Assembly: GCF_009914755.1 (NCBI RefSeq)
Contig: NC_060926.1
Reading direction: 5' to 3' (one strand)
Source: the human T2T-CHM13v2.0 reference genome, Homo sapiens
Length of the DNA: 64,000 nt
Within the stretch, counting starts at the first letter, position 1, and every line of letters starts with the position of its first letter. Positions 42,344 to 60,159 of the stretch are shown here, one piece after another. The notes below the pieces were generated by a model. That model made no database searches. It was given only the letters and a program-made list of their open reading frames with translations, and was not told where the DNA came from. The position numbers and the translations under genes are program-made.

Positions 42344-43976
42344 ATTGTGTGTACAAAAAGGTTTAAGAAGCATTACTTCAATTATTTACCTCTAAAATAT
42401 GGGGTGCCTGTTTTCTCCTCTAGCTCCTGTCAGTGGACTCACCAGAAGTTGAATATGTTGACTTCATCATGGGACTATTTCTCTTTAAAACATCATTATG
42501 AGACCACATTGGTGACCACATTACTAAACTATAACTTTCTCCGCCTTCAGATGGGGACTATTTTGTATATTATTAGTGCCTGGTGCCTAATAAAATCCCA
42601 AAAACAGACACAAAAAATTTCCTAGGTGTTGTGGAAGCCTAGAGAGCGAGAGGGACTAGGCGTGCAGGAGGAATCTCTTTTGCAGTTGGGCTGGTGATGT
42701 GGAAAAAGTAGGACTGTAGGACTGGAAAAGGGAAGATTGGGTAGGTTGATAATTTGGAAAAGGTAATTAAAATATAAATTCATAAAAAGATGTCAAATAT
42801 TTTAATTTAAAATATACACACTACACACACACACACACACAATGCCACATTTGTATGTGTATTAATTCCTTCACAGATATTCTTTTGTAGGGCCCAAGGC
42901 CTTTTATCTGAGTATGAACTGGTTTCTGAGAGTTCTGCAAACATCTTCCTTGCACAAAGCATACTAAAAATGCATTGTCTAAAGATATTTATTTCTGCTG
43001 TCTTTAAAGTGAATTGTGAAGCAATCTGAGTACAGAATCTGCCTAGTTTTTTGTTTTCCCTATCTTTTACAATTCTCATCTACACATAACAGCATTTTAA
43101 AAATGATTTTTTTCTAGTCCTTCCGATAAAGTCAACCTTGTCCTTTTTGCACTTATATTTTGATGGTATATAAAGTACTTAACTAAATTGTCCAATACTA
43201 GTCTCTGGTAATATAGGGGCTTAAAAAATCCATCATCATTGGTTATAGTAATGGGCAATTTTAGTGTGTTGCTTATTTTCTCCTATAGTTAACTCTGTGA
43301 TCCCCTCTCAGATTTCAGTGAACTTGCCCATCAGGTTAACCCTAGTGGATTTGGCAGTGCAGCTTACCAACCGAGAGTTCTTAGGACTTGGTGCTCTGGA
43401 ATGAAGGCAGCATGCCAGGTCTTCTGTAGCAACCAGACCATTTGCCATGGCAGCTTCAAATTGAGCAAGAATTCCACAATTTCACACTTGAGTGCAGTTA
43501 AGTCTCAGGTGGATGGCAGCCAGGTTCCATAAATAACTCTCGGTTATCATTGTTCCAAAACTCAAGACTTTTAAAAGGCACTACCTACCCTAAAGGTCCA
43601 GTCCTTAATGACATGATTTGTATGACACTTGAGCAATAGCCTGAGGCTGCCAAATCAGGTAAGAAGGACTTTCCCATAATAATATCAACCTACTCTAAGT
43701 AGATTTCAGTTGGATCATGATATATCAACATATGAGTGATACATGCAGGGCACTCACTTTGGTTTTTTTGAAAATATGTTTAAGTTCATTTATGAAATAT
43801 TTTTGAGAAATAATTTTGTGTTTAGAGATATAATAAGCTCTAAGAGAAATATATGCTCATAGATATTCATGCCTAGTGGTACTTACCTTCTACTTTAAAA
43901 TTATTTGCCTTTCTTTCTGACCCATGAGACATAGCTCAAAAGTAATAACAAGTCTTACTCTGCCTACCATCACTTC

Positions 43977-44337
43977 TGATATGGTTTGGCTGTGTTCCCA
44001 CCAAATGTCATCTTGAATTGTAGCTCCCATAAATCTCACGTGTTGTGAGAGGGGCCCAGTAGTAGATAATTGAATAATGGGGGTGGTTTTCCCCACACTG
44101 TTCTTGTGGTAGTGAGTAAGTCTCACGAGACCTAACGGTTTTATAAAGGGAAACCACTTTCACTTGGTTCTCATTCTGTCTTGTCTCCCTCCACGTAAGA
44201 CATGCCTTTCACCTTCCGCCATGATTGTGAAGCCTCCCCAGCCACGCGGACCTGTGAGTCCATCGAACCTATTTTTCTTTATAAATTACCCAGTCTCAGG
44301 TATGTCTTTAACAGCAGTGTGAAAACGGGCTAATACA
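43977..44337 (+). mobile_element. THE1 solo LTR (THE1B/C-like)
   Basis: TGATATGGTTTGGCTGTG...GGCTAATACA with a 5-bp TSD ACTTC (43972-76, 44338-42). Confidence 0.92.
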
Positions 44338-44402
44338 ACTTCTGATAGAAAATTAGGCACATAATACACATTAGTTGAAATAATCAACTGGAGAATGTAG
44401 GC

Positions 44403-44719
<317 letters not shown>

Positions 44720-45179
44720 CAGAATGCAGGCTTTTTAATACAAATTCAAACTTACAAACAAACAATGAGAAGATAGGGTCAATAACCAGTATATGCTCTT
44801 TTTCGTACAGCTGAGGCTCTGCCAGATTTAAAATATGAAACCGATCGTATTTTACTTCGGGAACAAGAATACAGGAGATCTAAATATAAAATGACGAAAA
44901 ACAAAAAAAAAAGTGGTAAATCTCCTAAGCAAGCGTCAAATTTTTTTAAAACATCATTCTATCAGATGCTTAAGGAACTTTATCAGAAATTAATACAAAA
45001 TTTTCTAAATATTGAACACAGGAATTTTGCTATTCCTCATTTTTTGTGCCATAAGAAATATCTGATGGTTTTACAAACAATAGGCGCTTAGAAATTCAGC
45101 ATACAAAATTCATTTTCCCCCACCTATTATCAATTACAGATTTTACCCAAAAGAGGAAAAAAACTTAACCAAATGATTA

Positions 45180-46154
45180 CAATAGTGTTGAGGATTTTTT
45201 ATTGTGTTTTCCACATAGATAAAAAAATAAGGCTTTTTGATGAAAAGAATCCATTACAAAGTCAAAAATCCATTACAATTATAATTGAATCAGTAACAAA
45301 ATTTAGCTTTAAATGAGTCAAGTATTCTGCATTTGAAATTTAATATCACAAACATTCAAGATTAGTGAATTTTGGTAAGAAAAAAATACTAGAAGAAAGG
45401 AAAAGGACACCTTTTCAACAGATAGTAATTTATAAAAATTTTTTTAAAAGTGCTTTGGGAAAACACACAGTATCATTACTTAAGAAAAGTCATTTAAGGA
45501 AGACTTAAGTGCTTCAAGTGGAGTGTATTACAGACTAAAAAATGTTTTAAAATTTGCCAAGAAATTTAAGTGTTAAAAATACTCTTCTCCTTATTCAGTT
45601 TCATGTTTAAGGAAACATTTGACAGACAAGTAAACCAAACGCAAAAAAAAGTTCACCTGCATTTTAAACTAATAAATTCTGGATCTGTAAAAGCTCTTGG
45701 TTTGTACACAGAGGCCAATGCTGACATTTATTGATCTATTTTTATGTAGTTAAAAAAATACAGTAACAAATCTTTCTTCCTATCCCCCCAAAAAACTAGG
45801 GGAAATATTTTAAATTGTGAGTGTGTGAATGTAGCTATATATATATATCCCTAAGTGTACAAAACACACAAACTTCACTTTACTTGGAAAATTATTTTCA
45901 TCATACTGTAAACATCTCTTCCCCTACATCTGGACATTTTGAAATAGTCTTTGGTATTACTAGTTATTGTGCTTTGAAACAGAAACTTGCAGAATTTCTG
46001 TAGTAGTGCTACATAAAGATATAAATAAGAAAAATGCACTTGGAATAAGTTACATTTAGCTGCTTTTGCATAATTTTCAAAAACTACAGTGTATGCCTAG
46101 TCACAGTTTTATGAGAAAGAATATTTCCTTTTTCAACTTAATTTTAAGGAACAC
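45180..46154 (-). other. GALNT3: GALNT3 3' UTR
   Basis: AT-rich stretch after the stop codon with AATAAA at 45727-32 and 45198-203. The distal signal is followed by GU/U-rich sequence; the exact cleavage site is inferred. Confidence 0.75.
45198..45203 (-). terminator. GALNT3: GALNT3 polyadenylation signal AATAAA
   Basis: Canonical hexamer with upstream TGTA elements and downstream GTAATCATTTGGTTAAGTTTTTTT. Confidence 0.7.
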
Positions 46155-46277
<123 letters not shown>

Positions 46278-47100
46278 CTAGAATAAAAGGAAACAACAGA
46301 CATTAAATTCCAAGACTCATAGTTAAGTGACAAATATGAAAAAGATTTTATGGTTTCATTGAAGCAAACCTAATAGCAAATCTTTCTAAGGTGAGCCATG
46401 TCTGATAAACTCTTTTTGGCTTCTAGTGTAAATGCCACCTTTTAAGCTACTACTCTTCAATTAGTAAGATATTACATAATGAAGAGAGGCAGACAGAACA
46501 AGGTTTGAATCACATTTTCAAACAAGAAGTATTCCCTTGATATATCCATAAGTGACAAACTCTTAAAAACATCATAAATTATAAAAGCCAGTGTTAACGT
46601 TTTCTAGTACTGCACAAAACAATGTTCAGGTAAGAATTGCTATGATACAGCTAAGCCTTAAACGTGTTTAAAAACAGAAGAGACCTGTTATGTATTCTCT
46701 CAATTCTAGGTTTGTGAAAAAGTGCTAAAACAGGGTAGAAAAAAATTAATCACTTCAAGTGAGAAGATATAATAATTTTTCTTCTCTCTGCCAGAAAAAA
46801 AATATGACTGTTGCTAAAAGCATTATAAGAAACCCTAAATAGTAAAAAACAAGCGACTAATATTAATAATTCACAGAAGTGCTCATCTGCATATATCACG
46901 GTTCAACCAAGCAACTTAATTTTTTGTTACTAAGAGTACTTAATTCATAGATATATTCTCTTATCACATGGGTAGAAACACATAATAACAAAGTTAATAA
47001 AGGGAGAGAAATTCTGATAGATAATATTAATGTACCATGTTCCACTCATTTTCCCAGATAAGCAAGTAGAGCTAAGAAAAATAGTTAAATAGATGAATTA

Positions 47101-47268
<168 letters not shown>

Positions 47269-50200
47269 CTATGGAAGGAATAGCACTGTTACTGACAAAA
47301 GCAACCCATGTGCTCAGTTGCAAAATAAATAAATAAATCAGCAACTCGTTAAATAATAAAGTCATTTCTATTTCAACAAAATAATACAATAAAAATAGTT
47401 ATTAGAAACATAAGCTGAGTTTTTGTGATAGACGATACAATAGCCTTCCTTCATCAACAGGTGGTTACTTCATTAACAAGGTACTGTCTTCCTCCCCATA
47501 CCAGAAGTTGGAAGTTATCAAGGAGAGTGGAGGCTATCCCAGGCATTCCTCAGAAAAGGGAATGAAGAGTTATAACAAGAACATTAATTGCCTCTCTCCC
47601 ACAAGTGTTCCATCTCTCTTCTTCATCTCAATCAAAGGTGTTTTCACTAAACTAGGGACTTCAGGGTGTTCACCATGCCTCAGTTTTCTCACTAGAAAAT
47701 GGGTAATTTAATAGTTCCTACCCCACAGGGTTATGAAGATAAGTGGGTTAATACGCATAATACATTTAGAACAATGACTGGCACACGGTGAGTTTTCATA
47801 CATTTTAGCTATTGTTACTACTGATGCTTCTCTTTCTCCACATATCCAAGTAATTCTTCCCTTAGCTGCACTATTCCTCTCAGATGTTAACATCCCATCC
47901 ATTCTCACTTCCGTGTACTCACTTCTGTTACTCAGACTCTCAGAATTTTTACTGAAACACCTACAGCTACTTCCAATTTCTGTTCCTATCATCCAGCAAT
48001 CCAATCTGCTGCCAGATAGTCTTTTAAAGCATTGGTTTGATCCCTGACTGCCCTTGCTTAAGTGAATCACTACTGTTGCTAAGATAAAGTCCACACTCCT
48101 TAATTGGTACATGAAATCTTTCTTTTTGATCTTGCATCAATCATTGCCCCAGTTATATATTATGCTTCTTTCACACAATTCTACCAATCAGAACATATGT
48201 ATCTATAACTCTAAGACTTTGCTTTACAGTCTGTCCTCTGCCTGGAATACACTTTTGACCCTTTTCTGCCTGGCTAACTCCTTTTTAATCCTTCAAGAGC
48301 CAACTCAAATACTACCTTCCTTCTTTGGCTTTGCCTGAATTTGCCCTGCTGCACAAAATTACAATCTTTTCAAGGTTCCCATAGTACATCAGAGATAACT
48401 TTTCTAGCACTCTATTAGAATTGTGTGTGGTGTGTAGACCTGGCTTCCCCATAGACTGAAGTCAGGCAATTTATCGAGTCATAACACCCATCACAAATCC
48501 AATATTTCATAATATTGACATTATAAAGATAAAATAAGTTAACATAATTGATTTTCAATAATGAAATAATTAGTAGGAGCACTAATATTTGTTAAGTCCT
48601 TATTACATGCTAGGCAGGCACTGTGTTAAACTCTTTATGTGTATTACAGTAGGCACTCTACAAACATTCGCTGAATTCACAGAGCCATATATCTTGAGTT
48701 TCCCTACTCTTAGTCTCATGCTTAATTTATCTCCGCCCACAAGCAAAACATCAGTCATTTTTAGAACTAGTAGTTCTTCAGATGGAAACACAGGAAGAAA
48801 CTGAGTTTAGATGATGAAAATAGCATTCTAGCTATACTTGGCTAAGAAAGATAAGCCTTAAGATCTCAAAAATGGTAACAAAGGCTGTCGAGTATTTTAC
48901 CCATTATTAAAAAGTCATTAAAATAAAAATTACAAAAAATGGAAAATATTGAAAGTACTTTGGTAACAAAAAAGAGCACATAATTGGATAACTGTGAATG
49001 TTGGAGAGACCCATTACTTAGAACGAGTAGAGAAGAGGCAAAGCAGTAAATATAATCAAGTTATAATGACTCAAACTGCATTACACTAGTAATATTGGCC
49101 AGCTTAGTCACATAACCAAAATATTTATTTTTATTTGGCATACATGAAGTTTTATGCTATAAAAATATTATCTGATCAAAAGTAGAAGGAAACATGAAAA
49201 AATGATCAAGTTATATAATATCTAAAAATTTTAGCACTCAGGGAACTAAAATTTGCAAAACGGTTTAAGTGCAATGCTTGATTAAAAATAAAATGTCAAG
49301 GAAATAAAGCAAAATAAAATCAATAGCTGTGTTAGGGTAACAAAAGCTGAAGTTTCTATTTAGTATATACACCAGATAATATTTATTCTTCTGCTCAAAA
49401 CTCTTCAATTGTTTCTGTCAAAGTCAGAATTAAGTCCAAGTTTCTTAATGGGGCCAGTTAAGCCCTACATGATCAGGTCCCTATCAATGCCCCGACCTCA
49501 TTTCCTAGTCCTCTTTGCTAGACCACTCTGCTCTAGGTACACTGGCTATCTGCTTTCTCCATGTATCTGCCTCTGGGCCTCCACTCTTGGAAATCCTTCC
49601 TCCAAGATGAGCATCTTCTCCTGGAACACTCTCTCACAGTATTCAGGCCTCCCTCTAAGATCGCTTTTCCAAAAAGGTCTTCCCTCACCTCTTAAAATAA
49701 CCACCCTACCCCGAAACACACTATTCCCTTACCTGCTATATTTTTCTTCATGCCCAAAACTACATATTTTTTTCTTTGTTCCTGTGGAACATAAGCTCCA
49801 CAAGATCAGGAGCTTTGTCTTTTTACTACGGTAACAGTCAGTACAAGCTACTTTATAGGTTCTAAACAAACACTTATTGAAAGAATATGTGAATGTTTTC
49901 CCATCCCCCAATTTCTAAAAGATAGCTATATTCTATTTAAAATGTAAACATATTTTTGATACAGAGCTATCATAAAGCTGTTATTATCTTTATGAAAATG
50001 ATAACAGAAAAATGGAAAAAAGCAATGTGTACAATATATCTTCAGCTTTTAAGATAAAATAAATGTAATGCTAGAAGAAGCCTAAGAGAAATTTATAGGG
50101 ATTTACATTTACTAGTAAGATTTTAACAAATGCAGAAATATTTCCCTTTGCTCAAAATCTTAATTTTTACAAGCATAGATCAGTGTTATTTCCAAAGAAT

Positions 50201-51406
50201 GCAATTATTTATGTAACTATTTTTCTTCTAATATATGGAGGGTAAGAAAATTCTTAAAAAGATGCATATAGATTTATGCACATACACATATATGTACAGA
50301 TATATATGTATATAGATATAGGTATAGATGTATGTCTGTCTATATGCATCCATATATATCTCCATCCTATTTCAGAATTACACCTTAACCATCCAGCAAT
50401 AGATCCAGTTCACCAGCTCTGGCTTCTGGGCATCTGTATCATCTGCCCTCAGTAGATTGATTGGTTTAGGTTAATAAGGATTAGAACTAGATTAAGCTGA
50501 GCCTAATGGGTAGGAAGAAATATAGAAGAGGATGGACCAGGAGATAAACTGGCTCTTTTTTCCTAAAACTGACATCTCAAAGTTTCGTCCCATTAAAATA
50601 GGACATCATGGATATTAATTATTGCAAAAATCCTCCACACACATCTTGGACTCTACACCAAAATACCTGCAATGCCCAGAAGAGATACTCCAGGCTCTTC
50701 TCTTCATTTCACTTTCCTTCACACTCTTCTTATTCTGTTGCCATTCCCCACAGCCACCTCACTAGCTCCTACCTACTTTTTTTTTTTTTAATGTTTTCAA
50801 ATATCATCTTTCTCAGGAAAATGTGTGGACACCCAGTCTCATTCAATGCCCTTTTCTATACCCCCAGAACACTCTGAATGCTTTATCCTAAGGAACTGCT
50901 AGTTTATAGATTTCCTAAAGGAGTTAGAGTCTAAATAGCTTGAACTCATCAGAGTATCTGGCATGCAGGGCTCACTCAATGAATTTGTTGAATGAACAAA
51001 TGAGGGAAATAGTCTAATCTTTCCAGGAGTTAAGCTGCAAAAGGTAAGGAAAGGAAGCTTAAAAAAACAGAAACTTTGTATATAACATGTTCTCTACCCA
51101 TAGGCAAGTAAATAGTAATATTTGACATGTGAATCTTAATCAGTAAAATAGTCAAAAGGTAGTAAAGCAGGTATGTCACTAATCAAGGAGAATCTTCCTC
51201 TTTTGTTGGAGAAGGAGGAACATATTGAAATAATATTGTGGCCCACAAAATTAATTTATAATGCTCTATTTTGTTATTAACACTTGATGTAATTTGTGAT
51301 TCAATCCAGTTATATGTGGCCTTTATGTGTAAACTTGCAAAATCACCATGCCAATAGTCATGCAAAAGTTAAAGCATCAAAGAGCTACATAGAAGTTTCT
51401 TTTTAA

Positions 51407-51762
<356 letters not shown>

Positions 51763-51967
51763 CTCCTTTTTTTTTTTTTTTTTTTTTTTAATGGTTAAGC
51801 TACTCAAATTGTTTTCAGAGCCAGAGTAAAAACCAAAAAAAATACTCATCAATATCAATTGCCAAATTCAGTCTGAAAACATTTCACACACAGCTTACCC
51901 AAGTATAAAGCTGCTGTGGGACTTCTGAAAAATAGGCAACATCTCATTTGTGCTTGTAAATGCTTTA

Positions 51968-52099
<132 letters not shown>

Positions 52100-52278
52100 C
52101 TAAAGGAAAATTTTCAAGTTATGAAAAGTTTTTTAATCCATGTGATTTATATATTTTTAAAATAATTTAGAAAGTAATGTTAATGATTATAATGTAAAAT
52201 CTCAAAAGCAATAAAGAAAGTATTTCAGCAATTTTCTTAGAACCACATAAAGGTTGGTGGCAAGGAGTATATTAATTA

Positions 52279-52464
<186 letters not shown>

Positions 52465-54411
52465 TTAATTAAAACAACATTGATAAAGCACTTAAAATAC
52501 TCTTATTTGTATTTCTATTTAGGTATTTTTAAAAATCCATGCTAAAAATTCAAGAGGCAATTCAACAGCCTTCATCATTCATTCAAGTAAAAACCATGCC
52601 TGCCTGTTCATTTCTGGCTTTAAAAGAGAGTCAAGACCACTTCAGTGCTGATTAAAATACTAAAATGATGCTATTTTATTCTTCATTTGTGCCACAAACA
52701 TTCCCTACAAGACAAAGATTTCTAGTAAAATGCTGTGGGCAAAGGAATGGTGGTAGGAGCATCCAAAATTGGTCCCAACTTTATACCTAAAAATGATCTG
52801 CAAAGTGAGGTGTCAGAAATCAGGTATAGACAAACAGTGCCAATACACAATGCAACTTCTATCTCTTCTCCATCAAGATCACAGAAAACCACCAGCAAGA
52901 AATAACCCACTGGGAGTAATTTTTCTAGTTTCAGGATGTTGCTTGTTCTTAACAATATCCCCAACTGAACCTTTAGTAGAAAAAGGCAATTTTCAAGTTA
53001 AATGAATTTTGCTTTCCTTCATTTTAACGTACTAAGAAAATAACTTTTTTAAAAAACCATTATTAAACTTCAAGGTATTTGACCTACAGGCAAAATATTA
53101 GAGAAAAAGTACATGTAATATCTAAATGTATGCAAAAGTAAATACTCAATCTTATCAGTTCAACTAAAGAAAATATTTTCTTATGCCAACTTTGATGTCT
53201 TGAACCCAGGCGTTTTAGCAAAAAGTATGAGTCTTTAGGACTTCTGGCTAGCTTATTACATTTACCATGTAGATCTATGTGTCCTGTGGTAACCAACAGG
53301 TATTTGCTGATTTATGTGCCCCTTTGTGGGGGACAAGCAGAGCATAAGCTTCATTTAGTGCCCACTTGCCTGCTTAGCCAAGTACTATTGTACAGTACAC
53401 AATCTGCCCAATTTGTCTTCATGGCCTTGGGTAAAAAGATAGCAATCTAACTCAGTAGTGCTCTTAATTTGCATCCTAACAGGGAGATACTGGAGACCAG
53501 AGAAAAAGGGAAAGAGGTAACCAAATCGTTCTTCACCGCAACAGCCAAAATATTGATACCCTTGACTCCCAATAAATACTCCACCTTCCCTCACCCTGCA
53601 AATTAGCACTATCTATTTCCTACAAAGAGATGAGTACTATACACTGAAGCATGGTCTTAAACTATCTAGTTAATTTACCTTATCTAATATTATTAAGACT
53701 ATTGGAACTCACTTCTAATATATTAGGTTTCATGATTCTGCAGAGCAGAATCTATTTATGGCAGGTTAATAACAAGAGTACCATATATTTGTTAGCACTT
53801 ATCACTTTCTTATTTCACAGCTACTCTGGGAGAGAGACAGCATGCGTATTTCATCTCTTAAAACAGGGAAGGAGAGAAAAGAAATATGTTAAGCATGCAC
53901 TCCATGTCCAGCCACCTTGCAGCCACTCTATGAAGTGTCTTCCCTATTTTACATTCTCAAAGGCTTTGCCAAAGTAACATCTCCAGTAAGTAGTGAAACT
54001 AGAGCTTGAAAAAAAAAGGCTTGGCACTCCTGGTTTATTCTCATGCCACATTAAGACACTGTCTCTATCTCCAGTGCAAAAAGTCACTTAGAACCTTTAT
54101 TTAGGTGTTATATCTCCTAAAACCAGTAAAAACAGTTCTACTTAATTTTCTTCGAGTAAAATATTGAACCAGGGCAGCAACAAAAATGAACTATCTTTCA
54201 TATTAAAAACATCAAGTAGAATTCCTGATTTTTAAAAAGCAGTTTACTTAGTTTTTTTCTTAAAAAAGGAAACTTGGATTCATAAGTCATGTACTTTAAG
54301 AGTTAAAAACCTACTTTCAAATTTTTTGATGTTTTGTACTTGAGATGAATCGACGCAAAAGGACGTGTGAACTTGTTATAGATTTTATTGCAATTTAACT
54401 ACTTAGCTTTA

Positions 54412-54639
<228 letters not shown>

Positions 54640-56042
54640 TTAAATTTACAGTATTTTAGAAAAATCAAAGTGTTGCTTTTAAGTTCACCTTTAAGGTATT
54701 ATGAAAAACAAAATTAGAGAAGAGATTACAATATTACAAATAGTCTCTGTCCCCTGCCATTTCAACTTAAGTTCTTAAGTGTAAGGAATTATTTTATTAA
54801 ATGGCATAGACACTAAAGACAACAGAAGTGCATTTTCAGTAAGTTAACAAAATGGTGATTTCAGATTTTTCATAAAAATGAATTCCAGGCTTTTGTTTTT
54901 GCAAATAATTATGTAAGTTCTCTAATATGCACAGAAAACTAAAGGCTCTTATGCATTTGACTTCTGTCTGAACTACTGACATAGTCACTTCACTTAAACT
55001 AGAGTTTCTCTTCAAAGTTTGGATATAAGTGGACTCAGACCCTATTTATCTCTTGTATATTCAATTTTGTAACCAAGAAAACAATTCCAGATGGCTATTA
55101 TTACCAATGATCATTCTACTGAACTTGCAAAGTAGAGGATGATTATTTAAAAATTCATGCCAATTTAGAGAGAAAACGTCAAAAAAAATCCTTATTGGCA
55201 TTAATGCTAAATAAAATGGCAAATCATGAAATCAATGCCTTTTCACTTAAATATCTTAATAATTGACTCTGCCATAGTTACCAAGCAAAGAATCAGAAAA
55301 TAAGTCATATTTAATACTATGTGCTTGTAGTAGAGCAAGTGATTACAAATCTCTTTCTCTCCTTTCTTTCTTGAACAAATGAGAAGACTCAGTGATATGT
55401 TCAATTCAACAAACTGTGCTTGTGACCCAACACGTGCTAGGGGTTGGAAATACTGAAATGAATAAACAAGACCCCGCCATAAGCAGTTCAAACTTGGCTA
55501 AGATCATCACTGCCAGTATGTGATGGAGCCAGAGCCAAAACTTAAATCTTCTAACTCCTAGTTCAGTTCTTTTTCCACTACATTCCAGCCTAAGAGATGA
55601 AAAATGAATGATAAAGTTACTGCAGAAAATGAAACTCATAAAATCAAATACATAAGGTACATACGGAGTCTACCCAAAGCCTTTTTTTATATTAACTTAT
55701 AATATGTATAGAAAAAATCAAGCTCATTCATTCCAAACAGTTAAGTCCAATGTCCTTTAAAATTATTCATAAATGTTTTTCCATTCTAACTCCCTTGATG
55801 ATCAACTCATTTCCTGAAGCACTAGATTTAATTATATTTATCTTGGCTGGAATTCAGTAGCTACAAGTGCATTAATTGGTGTTACTGCCTGGACACAGGA
55901 GTTTAACTGATTCCTCTTGTTACACTGGCGACAATGAATAAATATATTAAGTTACATATTAAAAGAAAATATTCTTATTCCAAAATTTCCAGCAATTAAG
56001 TTTCAGAAAGCACAAAAAGTAGAGTGCACACATCTGTAATCA

Positions 56043-56309
<267 letters not shown>

Positions 56310-56705
56310 TTAAAAAATTAAAGCCATATCACATTTTCAAAGCTTTTATTCAGATTAATAAAAACTAGAAATGCTATCTTCAAAGTCAAGATTTTTGGGG
56401 TCGGGGGGAGTACTTCGTGTCCTCTCCCATTGGAGTAAACTTAAATGTCTTCTCCTAACCATGCTTTACGATTTTTAAGTAATGATTGATGAGGAAGACA
56501 TAAGAGCTCACTCACTGCTACCTCTTACTCAGCAACATCATGTATAAGCAAGTACACAAATGAATGACTTTTAGATTCTCTTTATATAGAATATGTGTGT
56601 TCTTTATCAATTACCTCAGAGGCAATTGCTATAAAGCAAACAGTGTGTACATATTCAATGTATGGTATAGGGTGTAAATATAAGACTCTGAGAGCAATCA
56701 TCTTA

Positions 56706-57002
<297 letters not shown>

Positions 57003-58514
57003 TTAGGTGAAGGTTTACAGAGAAATGAGAATAACAGAGTCAATTTGTGTTTTGAACATGTATATAATGGAGATTTCTTTCTTCCTCAGATTTATTGAGA
57101 TATAACAAATAAAAATTCTATACATTTGCAGTGTATATCATAGTGTTTATATATGTATACATTGTAAAATGATTATTGCAATCAAGCTAATTAACATATC
57201 CATCACCTTATCGGCTTATGGAGCGGGTGGTAAGAACATCTAAGATCTACTCTTAGCAATTTTTGAGTAGACAATATATTATTATTAATTACAGTCACCA
57301 CGTTGTACAATAGATCTCCAGAAGGGGAGATTTTTTAAAGGTTTATTGTGATGAGATGAGGGTAGGATGAAAAAGGTGAAAAAAGATTCACTACAGTTAG
57401 AAAAATTCCCCTACAGATGATGACCTTCTTTCTTCTACAAAAGATGCAAAATAACACCAGTGTATTTAAAGTTTAGATGATGTGTTAAAATGGCCTATGA
57501 GTCAAAGGTAGCTTTTTGCTGTTCCACGTTACCTGGCCCTAAAAGTGTTCTGATTTATTTAAACTCGTATCTCCCTGAATAAGGTACAGTAATTGAAATT
57601 TTCATTTATCTGACTGGGTCTTAGGAGAAAATAAGGAGTCAGTATAAATTCCGATTTTAGCAACTGGAGAAGAAGGACCATTCAAAGCTGCCCCAGACCT
57701 AATATAAAGGGAGGGCCAAGGAGTTTCATGTCATGATAGGTCTAAGCCCTGGTCACAGGCCAGGCTGTTTTATGTAACACACAGCAAGTTCAGCCAATGC
57801 ATGTGCTGTCCTATTCTGGGCTCCCCACAAAGCAGTATTTGGCAGTCATGGTCCGGGAGGACCGTCAGACATATCCACCCAGTGGGTAGTGGGTAAGAAT
57901 GTCCAGTATGATCTTATTGTAATTTTGAACAACGAGAAGAAATACCAGAGGATGGTATTTTCCTTTTTAAAGCACCTCTCTAGCATTACCTTTAGTGTTC
58001 TCTTCATTTTCTAAATGTCTGGTATTAAAAGAGAACTGAATGTGATGGCTCTAAGCAACACAAGCACATCCAAAAGCCCTTCTGTAATAATCGGTGTGTG
58101 CTCAAAACTAGTAATTGGGTGAAACATAACCTAAGCACTGGCCAATTCAAAGCTAGACACTCATACAAAGTATAGCCCACTAAACTCAGAGCTCAAGGGA
58201 CAAAATGACATTTTAGTAATAACTAGCATGCATATGACACATTGACTCTAAAAATGCTTTCTAAATACTTCAAAAACTTTGACTCTGAAAATAATTAAAG
58301 TACAAAGAAAAACCAACAGCAGCAAAGTCAAACAAAAATTGACAATGTTTATGTAAGGGATACCAAAGAAGATGGGATGGGGCACCCCTAACCTGGCATA
58401 AAAAGTATATATATAAACATATTTTGGTTTTGTGGTTTTTATTGAAAATTCGCAGACTCCTTTTTATGCCAAGGAGTCTGCAAATTTAAAAAAAAAAACA
58501 CACACACAAACTAA

Positions 58515-58898
<384 letters not shown>

Positions 58899-59215
58899 TA
58901 AGCTTTCATTCACTTTAAAGTGTGGGAATCAAGAAAACAAACAAACAAACAAACACTTTTTTTTTTAACAGAAAAGAAACATGGAAAAAAAAAAAAGAGG
59001 CAAGGATAACTGGCTGGAACAGCTAGTAACTGGAGAACACTGAAGTTGAGGAAACTTAAACACAAAAGGAGATAAGAATTCTGCATAAGTGAAAGGAATT
59101 TTCTCCACAGAGCTGTTATCTGCTTGGGCTGTCATTGCTATAATCGCCAGTTGAAAACGCTGTTAAAGAAAATGCAATTAGGCATTTAGAAAAGAAAAGA
59201 CTTCCTTACCTTTTA

Positions 59216-59437
<222 letters not shown>

Positions 59438-60159
59438 TCAGGGTTAATTCTTTCTAAATGCATTTTCATATATAGCTTATGAAAGCTAATGAAACCACAG
59501 AGCAATGATCCTTCCAAATTCATAATCTTAACAGTTGCATGTGTCCTTCCAGCAAAATGAAAATTTTATCTTTAACTCCTTACTGGGGAAAAAGGCTAGC
59601 TATGCAAATTATCACTACTGTAACACAAAACACTGTAATGCATACTTATTCTGTACACTTCCTATCAATAAATATAATGTGTTTGGAGGGAAGTGAGAAA
59701 CTTCAAATGGAGTCAACCCTAGCCGTTCAAAAGACTCATTTAGAGGTCTGAGAAGACTGACTACAAGAGTGAAAGATATGGAATTTGGCCAAAAAGATAT
59801 TCAATGCTTTGAAATTGGTATTTAAATCTGGAAATCTTAAAGAAAAATGTCAAATATCTAAAGACCTCTGATATTTAAGCAAGGATCAAAATAATTTAAC
59901 ACCAAAATGTTGAGCCACGTCAGAAAGTCCACAGCTATAGCAGTTTGGGACGATTCCTACACAGAGTCAGCAGAAAAATTTGCGAAAGCTTTGGAGTCTC
60001 CTGACAGTTTTATTTAGTAAAATATGAAACAGGCAAATTTTAGTATTGGGTATATACTTTAAGATATTCAATATACCAAATTGGATAAGGTTTGTAATAA
60101 GCAAAATTTGAGATCATAGGTTTTAAAAAAGTTATTAACAAATGTCAATCCAGTGTTGT

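Noticed and set aside
51763-51790. Poly(T) at the 5' end of an Alu, suggesting a second retro-insertion
   Set aside because: TCC-poly(T) occurs on both sides of the Alu, so it is best explained as a TSD in a pre-existing T-run that later expanded.
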